Assembly: GCA_963743915.1 (NCBI GenBank)
Contig: CAVURN010000003.1
Coordinates: forward strand, 160,001-224,000
Length of the DNA stretch: 64,000 nucleotides
Direction: 5' to 3'
Origin: an uncultured Actinomycetota bacterium
Lineage (GTDB): Bacteria; Actinomycetota; Actinomycetes; JAHEKZ01
Shown here: in pieces, positions 57,889 to 64,000 of the stretch
How the letters are laid out: every line of letters starts with the position of its first letter
How positions within the stretch are numbered: the first letter of the stretch is position 1
Notes under the pieces: model-generated
What the model saw: the letters and a program-made list of their open reading frames with translations, nothing else
What the model was told of the DNA's origin: nothing
The model's database searches: none
Made by a program: the position numbers and the translations under genes

Positions 57889-60018
57889 TCACACGCCGTC
57901 GAGGACGGCGCCGAGCTGCTCCCCGTAGACCGAGAGGTCCACGCTGAACGTGGTCAACCTCTCCTTCTTCACCGGTCCGCTGGGGTCCCACTCGTCGGGC
58001 GGCATCCAGAAGTAGTGCAGGTCGGCACCCAGCGTCGCCGCGAACAGGTGCTCGTTGCGAGCGGGATAGCCGTTGTGGCCGAGCACGACGATCGCGTCGA
58101 GTCGTCGGCAGTGCATCAGGTTGAACAGAGCGGAGCCCGCGAACCCCGCCACCACGCGGGCTCCCGCGAACAAGGCCGCCTGTTCCGGAAGGGGCAATTC
58201 CTCGGGGTAGAAGACGTGGAAGCCGTGGCTGGCGAACACCTCCTCGACCTCCGACTGATTCGTGCAGCCTCGGCGGTGTGCGTACCTGGATCCCCGGGAC
58301 ACGAAGATCCGGTCGTGGGGGCTCGCGTCTCCATCCTTCAGGAGTCCGGTCGTGATGCGGTCCCACGTGTCCCGGATCGCGGGATGGGCGGAGTGGGGGG
58401 GCGCGTTGTGCCACATCGGCGAGGCCCCGACGACACTGCGCAGTCGGACCGGCCCGTCCGTCGAGACGATCTGGGCCGGATCGATCCCGTAGGAGGTGAA
58501 GAGCAGTCGCTCGAGAGTCCCATCCCGTCCCCGGGCGGACCGGGTGTGGAAGAGCGCCTTGAGGTCGGGGAACTCCGCTCTCGCCTGCTCCCAGCCCCAG
58601 AGCCGAGCCACGACCTCGGTGGTGAGGTGCCCGAAATGCCCCGAGAACAGGCAATCGAGGTAGTAGTAGGTCCCCTCGAGCTTCGGCGCGTTGTCCACCC
58701 GAGGAGCAACGGTGAACCCATTCCCCACTGCCGCCGACCGCGAGTGCGTGAGCTCCTCTGCGTACGGCCAGCGGAACGACTCCGGAAGCATCGTCGGCCC
58801 CAGGACGAGGCGGGTCGACCCGGCGCTCACGATGGGGCCGGCATAGTGGCGGAGCGTCAGGTCCGGACCCTGACCTTGACGCCACACCTCAGCAGGTGGC
58901 TCGCCGTAGTCGACGACGCGGGCCGCGTGGGGCGACGCCGCCGGGATCGTCGCCAGGATCGAGACTTTGGCGCGCGGCTCCCGAACGATCAGGAGGTCGC
59001 TGACCTGATCCTCGCGCAGCTTGAGCAGCGCCTGGCGGCGCGTCTTGACCACCGCGAACTCAGGGGTGACGCCGACGCTCCCCACAAGGTCGTCGCCCGC
59101 GGCCTCGTTGAGGAAGGACTCGACGGACTCAGGGGTCCGATCAGCAGAGGACGCCGTCGCGACCGTCAAGTCGAACAGGCACGAGCCACGGCGGCCCAGG
59201 TGCACGAGGAGCGCCCGCACACATGCCTGGGCCTCCGGAGACGACGGAGCTGTCGGACCGGCGTCCGCGGCGACGACGATGACGTCCCGGGGCTGGGCCT
59301 GCAACAGCTCGCCGAACACGTCCGGCCAGGCCTCGACGTTGCGTCGGCGCCGCACCCAAGGGGACTCGCTGGACCCTGGCGATCCCTCGCCCACCACGAT
59401 GACATCGACCGCATGGCCGGCGTACGTCTCGATCCACTTCGATGCTTGGCCGATCCCATCCGCATCGCAGATCACGCTGACCTTGAGTCGGCGTTGCATG
59501 CCCGCGGCGACCAGCGATGAAGGAGACGGATTCACAGCGCCGTCGCTGACAGGATTCCCTCGCGCGCGGGTCACTCGCTGAAGAGCTCGCCGCGCCACGG
59601 CCTTGGGTGTGGTGAGGTTCGCAGTGGCGGGTGGGTCCGGTGGTCGAGGCGGCGCCATCTTGCACGCGGGGGCTGGCCCGATGAGGAGCGCGCTCGGGCG
59701 GTTCTTTGCTGCGAGGAGCCGCGCATCCGTCGGCTGGGCTCCCCCAGTCGTCGGTCGGACAGCGATGTCCATAGCGCGCCAGCCGAGCTTGGCCCGCGGG
59801 ACGGCGAAGGTCAGCAGGAGACCGTCTCCCTCACGGTCGATCGATCCGGTGACGCGCACTTTGCTCGTGGGGCCAACCAGCATCACCTGGACCTCACCGA
59901 CACCGAGGTCGCCGGGACCAAGCCTGAGGCACACCAGGACGTCCTCGCCTTGCCGTCGGCAGTGGCTCGTCAGGGCATCGCACTGGATTGCCTGCTTCGT
60001 GTCCTTCTCCGGCGTCAC
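57889..60018 (-). CDS. Glycosyltransferase family 61 (DUF563) protein with a long N-terminal extension
   Basis: 'HFGHLTTEVVARLW', 'RIFVSR', 'CTNQSEVE', 'PEELPLPEQAALF', 'GSALFNLM'; GTGA overlap with the upstream methyltransferase. Confidence 0.85.
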   Translation of the reverse strand: MTPEKDTKQAIQCDALTSHCRRQGEDVLVCLRLGPGDLGVGEVQVMLVGPTSKVRVTGSIDREGDGLLLTFAVPRAKLGWRAMDIAVRPTTGGAQPTDARLLAAKNRPSALLIGPAPACKMAPPRPPDPPATANLTTPKAVARRALQRVTRARGNPVSDGAVNPSPSSLVAAGMQRRLKVSVICDADGIGQASKWIETYAGHAVDVIVVGEGSPGSSESPWVRRRRNVEAWPDVFGELLQAQPRDVIVVAADAGPTAPSSPEAQACVRALLVHLGRRGSCLFDLTVATASSADRTPESVESFLNEAAGDDLVGSVGVTPEFAVVKTRRQALLKLREDQVSDLLIVREPRAKVSILATIPAASPHAARVVDYGEPPAEVWRQGQGPDLTLRHYAGPIVSAGSTRLVLGPTMLPESFRWPYAEELTHSRSAAVGNGFTVAPRVDNAPKLEGTYYYLDCLFSGHFGHLTTEVVARLWGWEQARAEFPDLKALFHTRSARGRDGTLERLLFTSYGIDPAQIVSTDGPVRLRSVVGASPMWHNAPPHSAHPAIRDTWDRITTGLLKDGDASPHDRIFVSRGSRYAHRRGCTNQSEVEEVFASHGFHVFYPEELPLPEQAALFAGARVVAGFAGSALFNLMHCRRLDAIVVLGHNGYPARNEHLFAATLGADLHYFWMPPDEWDPSGPVKKERLTTFSVDLSVYGEQLGAVLDGV

Positions 60019-60779
60019 GGCGCGCTCACATGGCTCAGGAGACCGTGGTGCTCCAGTGCACCTCGGATCGACATGACGGCGTCCTGCCGTTCCATCGAGC
60101 GCGCCTGCCGGAGGACGGTCCACAACTCCGATCGCAGCAGCGCGGCTGGGTCGACGGCTCTCGTTCGCAGGGACGCCCAGGCGGGCAGTTCCTGGGGATC
60201 GGGCACGACCAGTCCCGGGACGAGGTCCTCGTACTGGTCGACCAACGTCCGGTTCTGTGGGTCCAGCAGGAGGATGACGAGAGTTCCCGTCGGCGTCGTG
60301 TCGACCTCGATGACCGCGAGATCTGGGCGGTGACCGCGGAGCACGTCGATGATCTTGTAGACGTCGCCGGCCCACGCCCCGTTCTTCGCGGCGCCGACAC
60401 GGCCCCGTCCGGCTTGTTCGACCGTCCTGGGAAGGACATCGTCGACGACGATCACACTCGCGGCGTGGCAGTACCGCTCGGTATTGATCACGTCTCGGAG
60501 CGCATACTCGGCGAGGTGCATGCCATCGATGAACGCGAGGTCGACGGGCTGCCCGGCAAGATGCGCGAACGGATTGCGACGTGCGAAGAACTCGTCGCTC
60601 GTGGTGCGCACCAGATGAACGTCACAGAGCAGCTCTCGAGTCACCTCGTAGTAGGGGTCCACCGCGACGCTCGGCACGCGGGACAGCGTGAGGCTCTTGC
60701 CGCTCCTGACGCCGACCTCGAAGTACGTGCGTGGTTGGAGCTTGCGATGGATTTTGGCCAGGAGCTGATGCTTCTTCAT
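60015..60779 (-). CDS. Class I SAM-dependent methyltransferase (Methyltransf_24-like)
   Basis: 'YFEVGVRSGKSL', 'AVDP', 'TSDEFF', 'DLAFIDGMH', 'VVDDVLP', 'WAGDVYK'. Confidence 0.9.
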   Translation of the reverse strand: MKKHQLLAKIHRKLQPRTYFEVGVRSGKSLTLSRVPSVAVDPYYEVTRELLCDVHLVRTTSDEFFARRNPFAHLAGQPVDLAFIDGMHLAEYALRDVINTERYCHAASVIVVDDVLPRTVEQAGRGRVGAAKNGAWAGDVYKIIDVLRGHRPDLAVIEVDTTPTGTLVILLLDPQNRTLVDQYEDLVPGLVVPDPQELPAWASLRTRAVDPAALLRSELWTVLRQARSMERQDAVMSIRGALEHHGLLSHVSAP

Positions 60780-61037
60780 GGAGGTCAACCGCCTTCTCTG
60801 AACGGGGCGCCTCATGTGTCGTCGAACACCCGCTGTAGCCATTCCGATGATAGAGCCGCCCTCCGGGGCGGTTCGCCTCGGCACCCTGCCGACGCCATCA
60901 CGACCCTGCGCCGTCCGAGCCTCGGCCAGCAGGAGGATGCCTACCGGTCATCCTTCACCGGCGCGTCCCCTCAAACTCCGAAACGGGCGGCACACCGACC
61001 TTCTCCCAGGGGCGGGGGCGTGATGTCCCCCGTCGGC

Positions 61038-61610
61038 TCACCTTCTGTGCGATCGGCAGATGACCCCGTCATAGTCGGTGGCGACAGCGGTCCAGTCGCG
61101 CCCCTCGGTGTCGACGAGGGTGAGTTCGAGTTCGGCCTTGACCCAGCCGAGTCTGCCGGCAGGACCAGGGGTGACGGCCCGACACGGAAGGGACTGCCGG
61201 AACAGGCTGACCGTGCCACCTTGCGCCTGCCAGGGCGTGTCGTAGTGAGTGGCGTCCGACTGCTTGAGCACGAGGCCGGCCTTCTCGGAGGTGACCGTGA
61301 GGGTCCACTTGCGGTCTGTGAAGCGCAGATCGTCCCTGTTGCAGGCCATCGCCGCACCTAGGTAGACCTTGACGACACCGGTCTGGTACACGACCCCCTG
61401 CTGGATCGGCTCGACGGTGGCGAAGCACTCGCTGCGCAGGTAGGTGGAGTCGGTGCCCGGGACCTCGTAGGCGAGCTGGCGGAACGCGTAGACGCCGTTG
61501 ATCGGCTGCCATCCGTCGTTCGGGGTGCCAGCGCGGGCAAAGGCCGAGGCACCGATGACGGCCGCTGCGATCAAGCCCACAACAACGACACTCGTCACCG
61601 CCTTGCGCAT
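61038..61610 (-). CDS. Secreted hypothetical protein
   Basis: Signal peptide 'MRKAVTSVVVVGLIAAAVIGASAFARA'; 4 Cys; GC3-biased codons. Confidence 0.7.
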   Translation of the reverse strand: MRKAVTSVVVVGLIAAAVIGASAFARAGTPNDGWQPINGVYAFRQLAYEVPGTDSTYLRSECFATVEPIQQGVVYQTGVVKVYLGAAMACNRDDLRFTDRKWTLTVTSEKAGLVLKQSDATHYDTPWQAQGGTVSLFRQSLPCRAVTPGPAGRLGWVKAELELTLVDTEGRDWTAVATDYDGVICRSHRR

Positions 61611-61878
61611 AGCCCTCACCCCAATCTACTGATCGTCACGGAGCGTAAGCGGGCACCCGAGGGCTTCGCAGGCAAACCGCGGGGATCCGCCCCGAACGGC
61701 CCAATCCGCGCGGGACGATCGTCTGACTACGGCCCCCACCCGGGCAGATGGCGCCCCCAACCCCTTGCTGTGTGGCGGGCACGGGTCCATGCTCGGCCCG
61801 GCAGCGCTTGGCGCCGCAAGGCGGAATGGTGCCGCCGCCACCCCGTTCTGCCGTGGTGGCGCGACTCTGGGAGGCGGC

Positions 61879-62550
61879 ATGGACGAGTCACGGGCTCTTC
61901 GGCGCGCCGCATGGGCCGGTGCCGCTTCGGTCGTGCTGCTCGGCTTCGGCGTGGGGCTGTGTGCGCTGGTCGGTGTCGACGACCCAGGGGTGTCGGACGC
62001 GGCCATCCTCGAGCGGATCGACGATGGCGCCAAGCAAACCGCCGCCGGGATCGGGTTGCCGGTGCTCGGCGTGGGGATCGCACTGCTGCTCTGGTTCGCC
62101 GTCGGACTGCGGCGGGTACTGGACCGGCTGTCCGGCGGCGACCCGCTCGCGCACGCGACCGTGCCGGCAGCGGCACTGCTCGGCGGGCTGCTGATCACAG
62201 GAGTGTCGCTCGACGTGTCGAGCGGAATCACGGCACTGTGGGACGAGTTCACCCCCGACCCGGACACCGCCCGTGTGCTCGGTACCGCCGGGGCCGTCGC
62301 CGGGCTCAGCGGACTGACCGGTGGCGCAGTGCTGGTCGCGGTGACGACCCGGATCGCCCAGCAGGCGCGCGTTCTGCCGACGTGGGCCGTCGGAGCGTCC
62401 TACACCGTCGCGGTGCTGTGTCTGACCGGCTTCTGGAGCCGTGGCATGGCGTCCGTGGCCTTCAGCGTGTGGCTCATCGGAGCGGTCATCGGGGTGCTGC
62501 GCGCGGCGCGGCGGACAGCGCCTGCCGTCGAGGAGACCGCGGTCACTTAG
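61879..62550 (+). CDS. Multi-TM hypothetical membrane protein (DUF4386-like)
   Basis: GGAGG RBS, 6 hydrophobic segments, 'LLLWFAVGLRRVL', 'LPTWA'. Confidence 0.7.
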   Translation: MDESRALRRAAWAGAASVVLLGFGVGLCALVGVDDPGVSDAAILERIDDGAKQTAAGIGLPVLGVGIALLLWFAVGLRRVLDRLSGGDPLAHATVPAAALLGGLLITGVSLDVSSGITALWDEFTPDPDTARVLGTAGAVAGLSGLTGGAVLVAVTTRIAQQARVLPTWAVGASYTVAVLCLTGFWSRGMASVAFSVWLIGAVIGVLRAARRTAPAVEETAVT

Positions 62551-62836
62551 TCGGTGAGCACATCCCTCTCGTCATCCGTGAGCTCCCGAACCGATCGTCC
62601 AACGCGTCGTACTCGCCCCGCCTCCGCGCGAGGAACCGCGTCCAGCTCTCCTCGTCGATCCAGCGGTCGACCGTCAGGAAGGTGAGTTCGTCCACGGCGT
62701 CTCGGAACAAAGCAGTCCCGATGAACCCCGGTTCGCGCCCGAACAGCTGAGCCCAGTCCCCCTCCGCCCCGTAGGCCCGCTCGAAGGCATCGACGCACTC
62801 GGGGCGAACGCGGTACTCCCAGACTCGGACGAACAC
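62547..62836 (-). CDS. Antibiotic biosynthesis monooxygenase (ABM) family protein (frameshift ~62590)
   Basis: 'FVRVWEYRV...FERAYGAEGDWAQLF...PGFIGT.L...FLTVDRW'. Confidence 0.8.
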
Positions 62837-62928
62837 CCCCTCATCAGACCACGCGGCCCGGTGACCGGCACGACTCGCCGAAGGCGCTCGATAGCCTGTT
62901 CGTCGCCCGTCCGCCATGGGAGGTCCCA

Positions 62929-63351
62929 GTGACGACACCCTTCACCCAGCGCCCCCAGATCACCGTCGCGACGGCATTGCGACTGGTCGAGGCTGCACTG
63001 GCACATGGCGCCGCGAGCGGTGTCCCGGTAGCCGTCGCCGTCTCGGACGCGGCAGGGAACGTCGTCGCGTCCGCCCGGATGGACGACGCGCCACTAGGGG
63101 CGACACGCCTCGCAGCGGACAAGGCATACACCTCAGCCCTCTGGCAGATGCCGTCGGGTGACCTGCATGAGTCATCCCAACCCGGGGGTGCCGACTGGGG
63201 CGTGACCTCGACCGAGGGCGGACGCATCGTCGCCTACGCCGGAGGGTTTCCGATCCTCGCTGACGGGGGTCTTGCCGGGGCGATCGGCGTCAGTGGCGGC
63301 ACCGGCGACCAGGACGCGGCCTGCGCCCAAACCGCGCTGGCTCAGCTCTAG
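62929..63351 (+). CDS. GlcG/HbpS heme-binding family protein
   Basis: 'VAVAVSDAAG', 'RMDDA', 'KAYTSA', 'GGFPI', 'GAIGVSGG...QD'. Confidence 0.92.
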   Translation: MTTPFTQRPQITVATALRLVEAALAHGAASGVPVAVAVSDAAGNVVASARMDDAPLGATRLAADKAYTSALWQMPSGDLHESSQPGGADWGVTSTEGGRIVAYAGGFPILADGGLAGAIGVSGGTGDQDAACAQTALAQL

Positions 63352-63373
63352 GCACCCGGGAGGAGCTCACCCC

Positions 63374-64000
63374 ATGAGGCTTGACGGAAAGGTGGCCATC
63401 ATCACCGGCGGTGGCAGCGGGATCGGTGCCGCGACCGCTCGCCTGTTCGCGGACGAGGGAGCGGGCGTCGTCGTGACAGGTCGCCGCCCGGAGCCACTGG
63501 CTGCGGTCGCGGAGGAGGTCGGGGGACTTGCTGTCACCGGTGACACCGGTGACCGTGCACACGTGGAGGAGGCCGTCGCTGCCACCGTGCATCACTTCGG
63601 CGGCGTCGACATCCTCGTTGCCGCTGCCGGGATCTCTCCCGCCGGTTCGGTGGGCGACATCGAGGACAACGCCTGGCGGACCACCCTCGACACCAACCTC
63701 ACAGGACCGTTGATGATGTCCCGCGCGGTGCTGCCCGCGATGCTCGAGCGCGGCGGTGGCTCCATCGTCCTGGTGTCCAGCACGGCCGGGCTGGCCGCAG
63801 CCCCGTCCTCCGTCGCCTACGACGTCTCGAAGGCGGGGGTGATTGCCCTTGCGCGTGCCATCGCCGTCGACCACGGACCGATGGGAATCAGGGCCAATGC
63901 GCTGCTGCCCGGCTGGGTCCGGACGCCCATGGCCGACAGGTCCATGGACGCGCTTGGCCTCGAGCGGGACATCACCAGGGACGAGGCCTACGCCAGAGCC
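63374..64000 (+). CDS. SDR family oxidoreductase (runs off the right edge; absent from the ORF track)
   Basis: 'LDGKVAIITGGGSGIG', catalytic 'YDVSK', 'PGWVRT'. Confidence 0.93.
   Translation, partial: MRLDGKVAIITGGGSGIGAATARLFADEGAGVVVTGRRPEPLAAVAEEVGGLAVTGDTGDRAHVEEAVAATVHHFGGVDILVAAAGISPAGSVGDIEDNAWRTTLDTNLTGPLMMSRAVLPAMLERGGGSIVLVSSTAGLAAAPSSVAYDVSKAGVIALARAIAVDHGPMGIRANALLPGWVRTPMADRSMDALGLERDITRDEAYARA

Noticed and set aside
61671-61725. c-di-GMP-I riboswitch-like 'GGCAAACC...GGGACG'
   Set aside because: Lacks the GNRA-capped P2 and the following GCAAAGC/P3 receptor elements; would need an Infernal search against RF01051

Overview
High-GC actinobacterial chromosomal segment carrying about 55 accessory or metabolic genes. 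I found no rRNA, tRNA, CRISPR array, transposase, integrase or phage structural gene. About 15 genes carry single-base frameshifts, most consistent with long-read consensus errors. In order, the window holds: a DeoR-regulated GH4/SIS/PfkB sugar ABC cluster (1-8516); a MalT-like LuxR regulator with SHOCT/DUF6325/DUF7144/holin-phosphatase/LURP1 neighbours; a 38-aa Cys-rich peptide behind a CsoR-family operator; two large ATPase regulators with their likely target promoters; a junction fusing two 5'-truncated genes (~30866); membrane and secreted hydrolases; an ECF sigma/anti-sigma pair; an MmpL transporter with a ~260-aa coiled-coil insert; a gadB-membrane protein-GATase II operon; a LamG-phytase-PKD protein; an amide-hydrolase trio; and an rmlABCD/GT61/methyltransferase glycan locus. 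The most interesting non-annotated signals are (1) a 17-bp TCRYCC-N5-GGRYGA-like site recurring 22-24 bp from the -10 box of four separate promoter regions, suggesting an undescribed MalT/LuxR regulon that includes gadB, (2) the CsoR/CstR-type operator controlling the tiny Cys-rich peptide, and (3) a co-varying REP-like hairpin family. All family assignments come from motif recognition, not database searches.
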